Source of the DNA: Yuukianura sp. NJ FZ-2021
Taxonomy: Eukaryota
Assembly: GCA_046563655.1 (NCBI GenBank)
Contig: CM102286.1
Location: 8,494,001-8,558,000, forward strand
Direction of reading: 5' to 3'
Length of the DNA stretch: 64,000 nucleotides
Below, one piece after another: positions 22,362 to 32,661 of this stretch (positions are counted from its first letter, which is position 1; the number at the start of each line of letters is the position of its first letter). The notes beneath the pieces are model-generated. The model worked only from the letters and a program-made list of their open reading frames with translations. It did no database searches and was not told where the DNA came from. The position numbers and the translations under genes are program-made.

Positions 22362-25232
22362 TTAAATAAATTTCTTATTCTTTATAGGTTTGGATTGATT
22401 GTTTTGTACTTCGCATACTTGATTTGCTATAAAGTGTTTGTGGAGGGCGTTGCTAAATGACAGTCTGTTGTTGATTTGCACCAATTCCTTCTCTAAATTG
22501 TTCCATAGACGGTGTGCAGATGCTTTAAACGAGTTCGGGTGAAGTGTGTTGTAATTCGAGTAAGCCTTATTTCTTGTGACTCGGGTAGTCTTCAATTCTG
22601 ATTCGTCGAGGTAATTGATGAAATACGGCGGGCTTCTCAGTTTCTTGATGTCGTAAGTCAGCATGATTACATTGAATTTGTATGCTTGTGATGGGAATAA
22701 CCAGTTGAGTTCATTGGTAATTCGTAATTTGACTTTGTTGAATTTTGACTCCATCAGCACAAATCTTCCTGCGCACCGTAAGACCTTCTCTGTCATCTTC
22801 AAAAATTGTTTTCTCGTACTTGCCCAGACTTCTGATAAGTACCTTAACTTTGACAAGACATATGATTGCATGAGAATATTTCTGTTCTTTGAGTTTAGCA
22901 GCCGTTGAAGTGGATATAATGACGCAATTATACTGAAGCATTTCTTTGTGGTTTTAGTGATGTGTTCATCCCACTGAAGCTTTCCGTCAATTGTCAAACC
23001 AAGGCTGACGATAGAACGAGATGTCTTGATTTTCAGTTTTTGGAACGAAAATTCAATATCTTCAGCAGTTTTCATGATCGTTGGTTTTGCGATTATAAGG
23101 ATTTCCGTTTTATCTGGGTGTAGCGTAAACATGTTCCTTGACATCCAATCGCTGATGAAATCCATACAACGTTCCACTTTTAGTCTGAATTCAGGAATGT
23201 TGTTCGGCTCTCCTTTTACCACCAGAGAATTGTCATCGGCAAACAGTGCTAGGAATTCATCAAATTTTTCGTGAAATTCTACAAGGAGGTCGTTGATCAT
23301 CAAAGTAAACAATGTTGGTGAGAGGATTCCTCCTTGTGGTGTGCCTAAGGTAGTTAATGCAATTTTTGACACTCCATTTCTAGTACTTGCAAATTGCCGC
23401 CGATTGCTGAGATAAGATTTAAACCACGGATGATCTATTCCGTACCATTTGAGTTTCTCCAGTAGAATTTCTCTGTCCACAGTATCAAATGCTTTTTTAA
23501 GATCGAGAACTATAAGAGCGCTAATTTTGTTTTTGTGAAAGGAATCGTATAGGACATCAGTAAGGGCGATTTGAGCGTGCACTGTTGAATGACCCTCACG
23601 AAAACCGAATTGATGTGGATGTAATATGTTGAACTTTTTTAAGTGAAGGCTTAATTGTCGGAACACACACCTCTCCATGATTTTTGACATGACAGGCAGA
23701 ACAGATATGGGTCTATAGTCATTTGGCGACACAGGGTTTTTCACTTTCGCAACTGGTATAACTTTCGCAATTTTTAGACCCTCTGGAACTATTGATTCCA
23801 TAAAGCTGGTATTGATAATGTCGGTGATAGATTCTAAAAAGTTTGGAGCTCCTATACACAAGTCTATCATTTTAGCACAGATTCCTGTATAGTCTTCTGT
23901 CTTGGATTGACGTTTCTTCATAACGTTCCAGCATTGACTAACTTCAAAAGTATTCACTTTCAAATTTAATGATTCAGGAACAGGGATATCCTTTGGTTTA
24001 GTAGGGAGTAAAGTAGCCTTCGATTTCGTGCTGATTTGCGTCAGATAATTGTTGATGGTGTCAGGATCCAATGCAAAATTATTTTCGTACGGTGAGTTCT
24101 TCCTGATGTTGCAGAATCTGTTGATTGCATCATGCACCCCCATCTTTTTGATCATCTCATTGAGCAATTCCCTAGTGTCCTTGTTGATTGCCCTTCTGAT
24201 TTCCTTCTTTAGTCCTTTAAGTTCATGATCGGTTTCTGCCGACACTTGACGGTGTTTCTTGAGTTGTTTCTGTCTCACGAGAAGTTTTTTAGTGTCAGCT
24301 GATAAATGTCTTTTTAGTTTACGCTCTTTTAATACTTTAACGACGGTTGGGGCAAAAAAGTTGAAAATGTTGGTAACTGCAGTAGTGAAGTAATTCGTTT
24401 TCAATTCTGTGCTGGGTAAGGTCTGTGTATCAATTGACAGTATTGAATGGGCGAGGTTTTCATAGTCGATGTTTTTAAAATCTCGAAATGTAATACTTTT
24501 TCTCACTGGTTTTAACTTTGGAATTTGGATTTCAGATACTGTTGCTGCATGATCCGAGATATCTGTTTGGAGAACCACTGTCTTCGAAACGTTTGAGGGT
24601 CGATTTGTGAGAACGAGATCAAGGATTCTTTCTCCTCTAGTTGGCATGTCTACTAGTTGAACCGTGGAATGGGATTTCAAAACTCTATTAAGATGTTTCA
24701 TTTCGGGTCCTTGATGTAAGTTAAAATCTCCGACATAGTAGCCAAACAGATTTTGTTGATTTATTTTGCACAAAATTTCTCTGAACACTTTACAGTCATT
24801 TTCAATAATCGATTTTATTTTTACAGGGGGGCGATAAAAACATCCAATCCAGAAACTTTTCCTGTGATTCCACTGAACTTTCACGCAAAGAAATTCCAAT
24901 TGATGAGAGGCACTCGGTTTCGATTTGATAATGTTAGGCGATACTTGTATGTGTTCTCTGAGTAGAATGCAAATGCCACCGCCCGATCTTGAATCTCTGT
25001 CGTTTCTGAACATTTTGAATCCTGGAATGACGACTTCTTTTCTGTCAGATTTTAACCAACTTTCACTAATACACAATATGTCCAAGTCATTTTCAATGAT
25101 CAGTTGTCGTATTTCTGTGAAGTGTTTGCAATATGACCTAGCGTTTTGATGTCCAATTTTAAGTAGTGATGTAGAATGTGTTGACGTCGAGAGCTTGAAA
25201 GTGTGATTTGTTTGACACTTTTGTTGTAATTG
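22362..25232 (-). CDS. LINE ORF2 (APE + RT), copy 2, in frame with ORF1 across a single TGA
   Basis: Protein identical to copy 1 ORF2; open from 25232 to the stop at 22362. Confidence 0.93.
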   Translation of the reverse strand, partial: QLQQKCQTNHTFKLSTSTHSTSLLKIGHQNARSYCKHFTEIRQLIIENDLDILCISESWLKSDRKEVVIPGFKMFRNDRDSRSGGGICILLREHIQVSPNIIKSKPSASHQLEFLCVKVQWNHRKSFWIGCFYRPPVKIKSIIENDCKVFREILCKINQQNLFGYYVGDFNLHQGPEMKHLNRVLKSHSTVQLVDMPTRGERILDLVLTNRPSNVSKTVVLQTDISDHAATVSEIQIPKLKPVRKSITFRDFKNIDYENLAHSILSIDTQTLPSTELKTNYFTTAVTNIFNFFAPTVVKVLKERKLKRHLSADTKKLLVRQKQLKKHRQVSAETDHELKGLKKEIRRAINKDTRELLNEMIKKMGVHDAINRFCNIRKNSPYENNFALDPDTINNYLTQISTKSKATLLPTKPKDIPVPESLNLKVNTFEVSQCWNVMKKRQSKTEDYTGICAKMIDLCIGAPNFLESITDIINTSFMESIVPEGLKIAKVIPVAKVKNPVSPNDYRPISVLPVMSKIMERCVFRQLSLHLKKFNILHPHQFGFREGHSTVHAQIALTDVLYDSFHKNKISALIVLDLKKAFDTVDREILLEKLKWYGIDHPWFKSYLSNRRQFASTRNGVSKIALTTLGTPQGGILSPTLFTLMINDLLVEFHEKFDEFLALFADDNSLVVKGEPNNIPEFRLKVERCMDFISDWMSRNMFTLHPDKTEILIIAKPTIMKTAEDIEFSFQKLKIKTSRSIVSLGLTIDGKLQWDEHITKTTKKCFSIIASLYPLQRLLNSKNRNILMQSYVLSKLRYLSEVWASTRKQFLKMTEKVLRCAGRFVLMESKFNKVKLRITNELNWLFPSQAYKFNVIMLTYDIKKLRSPPYFINYLDESELKTTRVTRNKAYSNYNTLHPNSFKASAHRLWNNLEKELVQINNRLSFSNALHKHFIANQVCEVQNNQSKPIKNKKFI

Positions 25233-26021
25233 TCAATCGCGAGGGGTGATTGTACTTCTACGAAATCCGACTCCTGCGTCCATGCGTTCTGGGGAAAATT
25301 GTCTGTTTTCCGGAAGTTGCCGTTCAATACTATCAGGAATTCGACGGTCGTGGTTTGACTGATTCTGAAGTATTTCTTTGTATTTTCTGGCTTTGCGTTG
25401 TCTCGTTACCAAGGGAAGATCTTCGTTCAAGTTGAGATCAGGATGAGTGAACTTGAAATGGGCTCTATTTTTCCAGACTATGTTTCTGACTTCCAGATTC
25501 TTGAAAGTAATTTTGACCGGTTTATCTGGATAATTTCTTGTAGGTTTTCCCAGACGATAGGCTGTTTCAATAGTTGGTATTTTCAACGAAGGAACAGCTG
25601 CTACAAGAAGATTCTGGATTGAGTGGGCAATTGATTCGTTGGTTTCATCAGGTTCCGTTGTAAGCCCGTGGAGAATGAGGTTAGTTTTGTGTAAATCAAT
25701 CTGTATCCTTTCTAGTTCTTCGTCGTGTCGATACAGAGAGTTTCTTATTTCCAAATTATCGGTTTCGATGGTATGAATCTTCTTCTGCAGTCCAGTGACT
25801 TTCGAAGAGAGCGAATTGATTTGACTAGTGAGAGTGTCCTTCAGATCATCGACTTTTCCATTGAGATTATCTAGATTGGCATTTACTTTAGCGATCGCTG
25901 AAAGGATCGCTGTCGCTTCAGTGGCGGACGTCATTTTTACTGCTTTTGTAGATGAAGGAGCTTCGAACGCTGCTTTTCTTTTTCTGGTTCCAGTAGAAGG
26001 TTGGTTTTGGTCTGAGTTCAT
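25233..26021 (-). CDS. LINE ORF1, 262 aa (coiled coil + L1-type RRM-like), copy 2
   Basis: First ATG at 26021 (MNSDQNQ...), basic patch RKRK, heptad region, then NLILHGL...AYRLGK...PVKITF...LNEDLP pattern typical of RRM-type LINE ORF1; ends TITPRD-TGA. Confidence 0.85.
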   Translation of the reverse strand: MNSDQNQPSTGTRKRKAAFEAPSSTKAVKMTSATEATAILSAIAKVNANLDNLNGKVDDLKDTLTSQINSLSSKVTGLQKKIHTIETDNLEIRNSLYRHDEELERIQIDLHKTNLILHGLTTEPDETNESIAHSIQNLLVAAVPSLKIPTIETAYRLGKPTRNYPDKPVKITFKNLEVRNIVWKNRAHFKFTHPDLNLNEDLPLVTRQRKARKYKEILQNQSNHDRRIPDSIERQLPENRQFSPERMDAGVGFRRSTITPRD

Positions 26022-26292
26022 CAATGTATCTCCGATTCGCAATCTAAAAGCATTTGAAAGGAAGTCAGCAGTTTTCTGTTCGTAAGCGCTACGCCGTAAA
26101 GGGATTAACAAGTTGACTTAACTTTTCAATGATATTTACGTGATCGTAGAGGAAGGGAGCAAAGACATGCAATAGCTATGCTACAATTCCTCTGTTGAAG
26201 GATAAGATGAGTATCCAAGCGAGACCAGATGAGTGCGACGTCCTTCCTCCTCGAGCAACTGAACTGAACTGAACTGAACTGAACTGAACTGA

Positions 26293-28518
26293 ATTTTTCG
26301 GAGAAAAAGTGAGTTTGGAACACTTCAGATGGGCTTTCAGAAGCATAATTTCGGTTTGCAATTTTGACTCCTCAGATAGCCCAGAATGACCTTTTGAAGA
26401 GTATTTAATGAAAAAAATGATTTTTTGGTGAAAAATTGAGTCTGGAACACTTCAGATGGGCTTTCACAAGCATAATTTCGGTTTGCAATTTTGACTCCTC
26501 AGATAGCCCAGAATGACTTTTTGGTGAGTTATAAATGAAAAAGAATGGATTTTTCGGAGAAAAATTTAGCTTGGAACACTTCAGATTGGCTTTCACAAGC
26601 ATAATTTCGGTTTGCAATTTTGACTCCTCAGATAGCCCAGAATGACTTTTTGGTGAGTTATAAATGAAAAAGAATGGATTTTTCGGAGAAAAATTTAGCT
26701 TGGAACACTTCAGATGGGCTTTCAGAAGCATAATTTCGGTTTGCAATTTTGACTCCTCAGATAGCCAGAATGACTTTTTGGTGAGTTATAAATGAAAAAG
26801 AATGGATTTTTCGGAGAAAAAGTGAGTTTGGAACACTTCAGATGGGCTTTCAGAAGCATAATTTCGGTTTGCAGTTTTGACTCCTCAGATAGCCCAGAAT
26901 GACCTTTTGAAGAGTATTTAATGAAAAAAATGATTTTTTGGTGAAAAATTGAGTCTGGAACACTTCAGATGGGCTTTCACAAGCATAATTTCGGTTTGCA
27001 ATTTTGACTCCTCAGATAGCCCAGAATGACTTTTTGGTGAGTTATAAATGAAAAAGAATGGATTTTTCGGAGAAAAATTTAGCTTGGAACACTTCAGATT
27101 GGCTTTCACAAGCATTATTTCGGTTTGCAATTTTGACTCCTCAGATAGCCCAGAATGACTTTTTGGTGAGTTATAAATGAAAAAGAATGGATTTTTCGGA
27201 GAAAAATTTAGCTTGGAACACTTCAGATGGGCTTTCAGAAGCATAATTTCGGTTTGCAATTTTGACTCCTCAGATAGCCAGAATGACTTTTTGGTGAGTT
27301 ATAAATGAAAAAGAATGGATTTTTCGGAGAAAAAGTGAGTTTGGAACACTTCAGATGGGCTTTCAGAAGCATAATTTCGGTTTGCAGTTTTGACTCCTCA
27401 GATAGCCCAGAATGACCTTTTGAAGAGTATTTAATGAAAAAAATGATTTTTTGGTGAAAAATTGAGTCTGGAACACTTCAGATGGGCTTTCACAAGCATA
27501 ATTTCGGTTTGCAATTTTGACTCCTCAGATAGCCCAGAATGACTTTTTGGTGAGTTTTAAATGAAAAAAATGGATTTTTCGGAGAAAAATTGAGCTTGGA
27601 ACACTTCAGATGGGCTTTCACAAGCATAATTTCGGTTTGCAATTTTGACTCCTCAGATAGCCCAGAATGACTTTTTGGTGAGTTTTAAATGAAAAAAATG
27701 GATTTTTCGGAGAAAAAGTGAGTTTGGAACACTTCAGATGGGCTTTCAGAAGCATAATTTCGGTTTGCAATTTTGACTCCTCAGATAGCCCAGAATGACC
27801 TTTTGAAGAGTATTTAATGAAAAAAATGATTTTTTGGTGAAAAATTGAGTCTGGAACACTTCAGATGGGCTTTCACAAGCATAATTTCGGTTTGCAACTT
27901 TGACTCCTCAGATAGCCCAGAATGACTTTTTGGTGAGTTTTAAATGAAAAAAATGGATTTTTCGGAGAAAAATTGAGCTTGGAACACTTCATATGGGCTT
28001 TCACAAGCATAATTTCGGTTTGCAATTTTGACTCCTCAGATAGCCCAGAATGACTTTTTGGTGAGTTTTAAATGAAAAAAATGGATTTTTCGGAGAAAAA
28101 TTGAGCTTGGAACACTTCAGATGGGCTTTCACAAGCATAATTTCGGTTTGCAATTTTGACTCCTCAGATAGCCCAGAATGACTTTTTGGTGAGTTATAAA
28201 TGAAAAGGAATGGATTTTTCGGAGAAAAATTTAGCTTGGAACACTTCAGATTGGCTTTCACAAGCATTTTTTCGGTTTGCAATTTTGACTCCTCAGATAG
28301 CCCAGAATGACTTTTTGGTGAGTTATAAATGAAAAAGAATGGATTTTTCGGAGAAAAATTTAGCTTGGAACACTTCAGATGGGCTTTCAGAAGCATAATT
28401 TCGGTTTGCAATTTTGACTCCTCAGATAGCCCAGAATGACCTTTTGGTGAGTTTTAAATGAAAAAAAATGGATTTTTCGGAGAAAAAGTGAGTTTGGAAC
28501 ACTCCAGATGGGCTTTCA
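26293..28518. repeat. 129-bp tandem satellite, block 3
   Basis: Same monomer family. Confidence 0.98.
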
Positions 28519-28755
28519 ATCAATCAATCAATCAATCAATCTAGTTTATTTTCCCATTGAGAATAGGTTTTTCAAAATAAACGCCAGTGTTTATGATATA
28601 TACTAACCTATGTGGAAATAAAGTATTAGGTAATTGGTATTGTATTATATTATATATTAGAGTTAGTATTGTAAAAGTAAAATTTCTAAAATATTGTTCA
28701 TATTGTGTTGATTTAAACTTTATAGCTTTGAAAGAATTTCTATTGTTGCTCGATT

Positions 28756-31626
28756 CTAAATAAATTTCTTATTCTTTATTGATTTGGATTGATTGTTTTG
28801 TACTTCGCATACTTGATTTGCTATAAAGTGTTTGTGGAGGGCGTTGCTGAATGACAGTTTGTTGTTGATTTGAACCAATTCCTTCTCTAAATCGTTCCAT
28901 AGACGGTGTGCAGATGCTTTAAACGAGTTCGGGTGAAATGTGTTGTAATTCGTGTAAGCCTTATTTCTTGTGATTCGGGTAGTCTTCAATTCTGATTCAT
29001 CGAGGTAATTGATAAAATACGGCGGGCTTCTCAGTTTTTTGATGTCGTAAGTCAGCATGATTACATTGAATTTGTACGCTTGTGATGGGAATAACCAGTT
29101 GAGTTCATTGGTAATTCGCAATTTGACTTTGTTGAATTTTGACTCCATCAGCACAAATCTTCCTGCGCACCGTAAGACCTTCTCTGTCATCTTCAAAAAT
29201 TGTTTTCTCGTACTTGCCCAGACTTCTGATAAGTACCTTAACTTTGACAAGACATATGATTGCATGAGAATATTTCTGTTCTTTGAGTTTAGCAGCCGTT
29301 GAAGTGGATATAATGACGCAATTATACTGAAGCATTTCTTTGTGGTTTTAGTGATGTGTTCATCCCACCGCAGCCTTCCGTCAATTGTCAAACCAAGGCT
29401 GACGATAGAACGAGATGTCTTGATTTGCAGTTTTTGGAACGAAAATTCAATATCTTCAGCAGTTTTCATGATCGTTGGTTTTGCGATTATAAGGATCTCC
29501 GTTTTATCTGGATGTAGGGTAAACATGTTCCTTGACATCCAATCGCTGATGAAATCCAAACAACGTTCCACTTTTTGTCTGAATTCAGGAATGTTGTTCG
29601 GGTCTCCCTTTACCACTAGAGAATTGTCATCGGCAAACAGTGCTAGGAATTCATCAAATGTTTTGTGAAATTCTACAAGGAGGTCGTTGATCATCAAAGT
29701 AAACAATGTGGGTGAAAGGATTCCTCCTTGTGGTGTGCCTAAGGTAGTTAATCCAATTTTTGACACTCCATTTCTAGTACTTGCAAATTGCCGTCGATTG
29801 CTGAGATAAGATTTAAACCACGGATGATCTATTCCGTACCATTTGAGTTTTTCCAGTAGAATTTCTCTGTCCACAGTATCAAATGCTTTTTTAAGATCGA
29901 GAACTATAAGAGCGCTAATTTTGTTTTTGTGAAAGGAATCGTATAGGACATCAGTAAGGGCGATTTGAGCGTGCACTGTTGAATGGCCCTCACGAAAACC
30001 GAATTGATGTGGATGTAATATGTTGAACTTTTTTAAGTGAAGGCTTAATTGTCGGAACACACACCTCTCCATGATTTTTGAAATGACAGGCAGAACAGAT
30101 ATGGGTCTATAGTCATTTGGCGACACAGGGTTTTTCACTTTCGCAAGTGGTATAACTTTCGCAATTTTTAGACTCTCTGGAACTGTTGATTCCATAAAGC
30201 TGGTACTGATAATGTCGGTGATAGATTCTAAAAAGTTTGGAGCTCCTATACACAAGTCTATCATTTTAGCACAGATTCCTGTATAGTCTTCTGTCTTGGA
30301 TTGACGTTTCTTCATAAGGTTCCAGCATTGTATCACTTCAAAAGTATTCACTTTCAAATTTAATGACTCGGGAACAGGGATATCCTTTGGTTTAGTAGGG
30401 AGTAAAGTAGCCTTCGATTTCGTGCTGATTTGCGTCAGATAGTTGTTGATGGTGTCAGGATCCAATGCAGAAATATTTTCGCAAGGTGAGTTCTTCCTGA
30501 TGTTGCAGAATCTGTTGATTGCCTCATGCACCCCCATCTTTTTGATCATCTCATTGAGCAATTCCCTCGTGTCGTTGTTGATTGCCCTTCTGATTTCCTT
30601 CTTTAGTCCTTTAAGTTCATGATCGGTTTCTGCCGATACTTGACGGTGTTTCTTGAGTTGTCTCTGTGTTACGAGAAGTTTTTTAGTGTCAGCTGACAAT
30701 TGTCTTTTTAGTTTACGCTCTTTTAATACTTTAACGACGGTTGGGGCAAAAAAATTGAAGATGTCGATAACTGCAGAGGTAAAGTAATTCGTTTTCAATT
30801 CTGTGCTGGGTAAGTTCTGTGTATCAATTGACAGTATTGAATGGGCGAGGTTTTCAAAGTCGATGTTTTTAAAATCTCGAAATATAATACTTTTTCTCAC
30901 TGGTTTTAACTTTGGAATTTGGATTTCAGATACTGTTGCTGCATGATCCGAGATATCTGTTTGGAGAACCACTGTCTTCGAAACGTTTGAGGGTCGATTT
31001 GTGAGAACGAGATCAAGGATTCTTTCTCCTCTAGTTGGCATGTCTATTAGTTGAGTGGTGGAATGTGATTTCAAAACTCTATTAAGATGTTTCATTTCGG
31101 GTCCTTGATGCAAGTTAAAATCTCCGACGTAGTAGCCAAACAGATTTTGTTGATTTATTTTGCACAAAATTTCTCCGAACATTTTACAGTCATTTTCAAT
31201 AATCGATTTTATTTTTACAGGGGGGCGATAAAAACATCCAATCCAGAAGCTTTTCCTGTGATTCCACTGAACTTTCACACAAAGAAATTCCAATTGATGA
31301 GAGGCACTCGATTGCGATTTCATAATGTTAGGCGATACTTGTATGTGTTCTCTGAGTAGAATGCAAACGCCACCGCCCGATTTTGAATCTCTGTCGTTTC
31401 TGAACATTTTGAATCCTGGAATGACGACCTCTTTTCTGTCAGATTTTAACCAACTCTCACTAATACACAATATGTCCAAGTCATTTTCAATGATCAGTTG
31501 TCGTATTTCTGTGAAGTGTTTGCAATATGACCTAGCGTTTTGATGTCCAATTTTAAGTAGTGATGAAGAATGTGTTGACGTCGAAAGCTTGAAAGTGTGA
31601 TTTGTTTGACACTTTTGTTGTAATTG
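28756..31626 (-). CDS. LINE ORF2 (APE + RT), copy 3
   Basis: Intact; roughly 45 amino-acid differences from copies 1/2 counted by eye; catalytic motifs unchanged. Confidence 0.93.
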   Translation of the reverse strand, partial: QLQQKCQTNHTFKLSTSTHSSSLLKIGHQNARSYCKHFTEIRQLIIENDLDILCISESWLKSDRKEVVIPGFKMFRNDRDSKSGGGVCILLREHIQVSPNIMKSQSSASHQLEFLCVKVQWNHRKSFWIGCFYRPPVKIKSIIENDCKMFGEILCKINQQNLFGYYVGDFNLHQGPEMKHLNRVLKSHSTTQLIDMPTRGERILDLVLTNRPSNVSKTVVLQTDISDHAATVSEIQIPKLKPVRKSIIFRDFKNIDFENLAHSILSIDTQNLPSTELKTNYFTSAVIDIFNFFAPTVVKVLKERKLKRQLSADTKKLLVTQRQLKKHRQVSAETDHELKGLKKEIRRAINNDTRELLNEMIKKMGVHEAINRFCNIRKNSPCENISALDPDTINNYLTQISTKSKATLLPTKPKDIPVPESLNLKVNTFEVIQCWNLMKKRQSKTEDYTGICAKMIDLCIGAPNFLESITDIISTSFMESTVPESLKIAKVIPLAKVKNPVSPNDYRPISVLPVISKIMERCVFRQLSLHLKKFNILHPHQFGFREGHSTVHAQIALTDVLYDSFHKNKISALIVLDLKKAFDTVDREILLEKLKWYGIDHPWFKSYLSNRRQFASTRNGVSKIGLTTLGTPQGGILSPTLFTLMINDLLVEFHKTFDEFLALFADDNSLVVKGDPNNIPEFRQKVERCLDFISDWMSRNMFTLHPDKTEILIIAKPTIMKTAEDIEFSFQKLQIKTSRSIVSLGLTIDGRLRWDEHITKTTKKCFSIIASLYPLQRLLNSKNRNILMQSYVLSKLRYLSEVWASTRKQFLKMTEKVLRCAGRFVLMESKFNKVKLRITNELNWLFPSQAYKFNVIMLTYDIKKLRSPPYFINYLDESELKTTRITRNKAYTNYNTFHPNSFKASAHRLWNDLEKELVQINNKLSFSNALHKHFIANQVCEVQNNQSKSIKNKKFI

Positions 31627-32415
31627 TCAATCGCGAGGGGTGATTGTACTTCTACGAAATCCGACTCCTGCGTCCATGCGTTCTGGGGAAAATTGTCTGT
31701 TTTCCGGAAGTTGCCGTTCAACACTATCAGGAATTCGACGGTCGTGGTTTGACTGATTCTGAAGTATTTCTTTGTATTTTCTGGCTTTGCGTTGTCTCGT
31801 TACCAAAGGAAGATCTTCGTTCAAGCTGAGATCTGGATGAGTGAACTTGAAATGGGCTCTATTTTTCCAGACTATGTTTCTGACTTCCAGATTCTTGAAA
31901 GTAATTTTGACCGGTTTATCTGGATAATTTCTTGTAGGTTTTCCCAGACGATATGCTGCTTCAATAGTTGGTATTTTCAACGAAGGAACAGCTGCTATAA
32001 GAAGATTCTGGATTGAGTGGGCAATTGATTCGTGGGTTTCGTCAGTTTCCGTTGGAAGCCCGTGGAGAATGAGGTTAGTTTTGTGTAAATCAATCTGAAT
32101 CCTTTCTAGTTCTTCGTCGTGTCGATACAAAGAGTTTCTTATTTCCAAATTATCGGTTTCGATGGTATGAATCTTCTTCTGCAGTCCAGTGACTTTCGAA
32201 GAGAGCGAATTGATTTGGCTAGTGAGAGTGTCCTTCAGATCATCGACTTTTCCATTGAGATTATCTAGATTGGCATTTACTTTAGCGATCGCTGAAAGGA
32301 TCGCTGTCGCTTCAGTGGCGGACGTCATTTTTACTGCTTTTGTATATGAAGGAGCTTCGAACGCTGCTTTTCTTTTTCTGGTTCCAGTAGAAGGTTGGTT
32401 TTGGTCTGAGTTCAT
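31627..32415 (-). CDS. LINE ORF1, 262 aa, copy 3
   Basis: Collinear with copy 2 ORF1; ends TITPRD-TGA-CAA-TTA. Confidence 0.85.
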   Translation of the reverse strand: MNSDQNQPSTGTRKRKAAFEAPSYTKAVKMTSATEATAILSAIAKVNANLDNLNGKVDDLKDTLTSQINSLSSKVTGLQKKIHTIETDNLEIRNSLYRHDEELERIQIDLHKTNLILHGLPTETDETHESIAHSIQNLLIAAVPSLKIPTIEAAYRLGKPTRNYPDKPVKITFKNLEVRNIVWKNRAHFKFTHPDLSLNEDLPLVTRQRKARKYKEILQNQSNHDRRIPDSVERQLPENRQFSPERMDAGVGFRRSTITPRD

Positions 32416-32661
32416 CAATGTATCTCCGATTCGCAATCTAAAAGCATTTGAAAGGAAGTCAGCAGTTTTCTGCTCGTAAGCGCTACGCCGTAAATGGATT
32501 AACAAGTTAACTTAACTTTTCATTGATATTTACGTGATCGTAGAGGAAGGGAGCAAAGACATGCAATAGCTATGCTACAATTCCTCTGTTGAAAGATAAG
32601 ATGAGTATCCAAGCGAGACCAGATGAGTCGACGTCCTTCCTCCTCGAGCAACTGGGAGCAA

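Larger units (their letters stand above)
22098..26292 (-). mobile_element. Full-length non-LTR retrotransposon, copy 2 (duplicate of copy 1)
   Basis: Same junctions, same (ATTG)5 tail, same (CAGTT)7 and same ORF2 protein as copy 1, offset by 19510 bp. Confidence 0.93.
28519..32661 (-). mobile_element. Full-length non-LTR retrotransposon, copy 3 (diverged variant, independent insertion)
   Basis: Different target position in the monomer; TSD ctttca at 28513-28518 and 32662-32667; (ATTG)6 tail; both ORFs intact. Confidence 0.93.
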
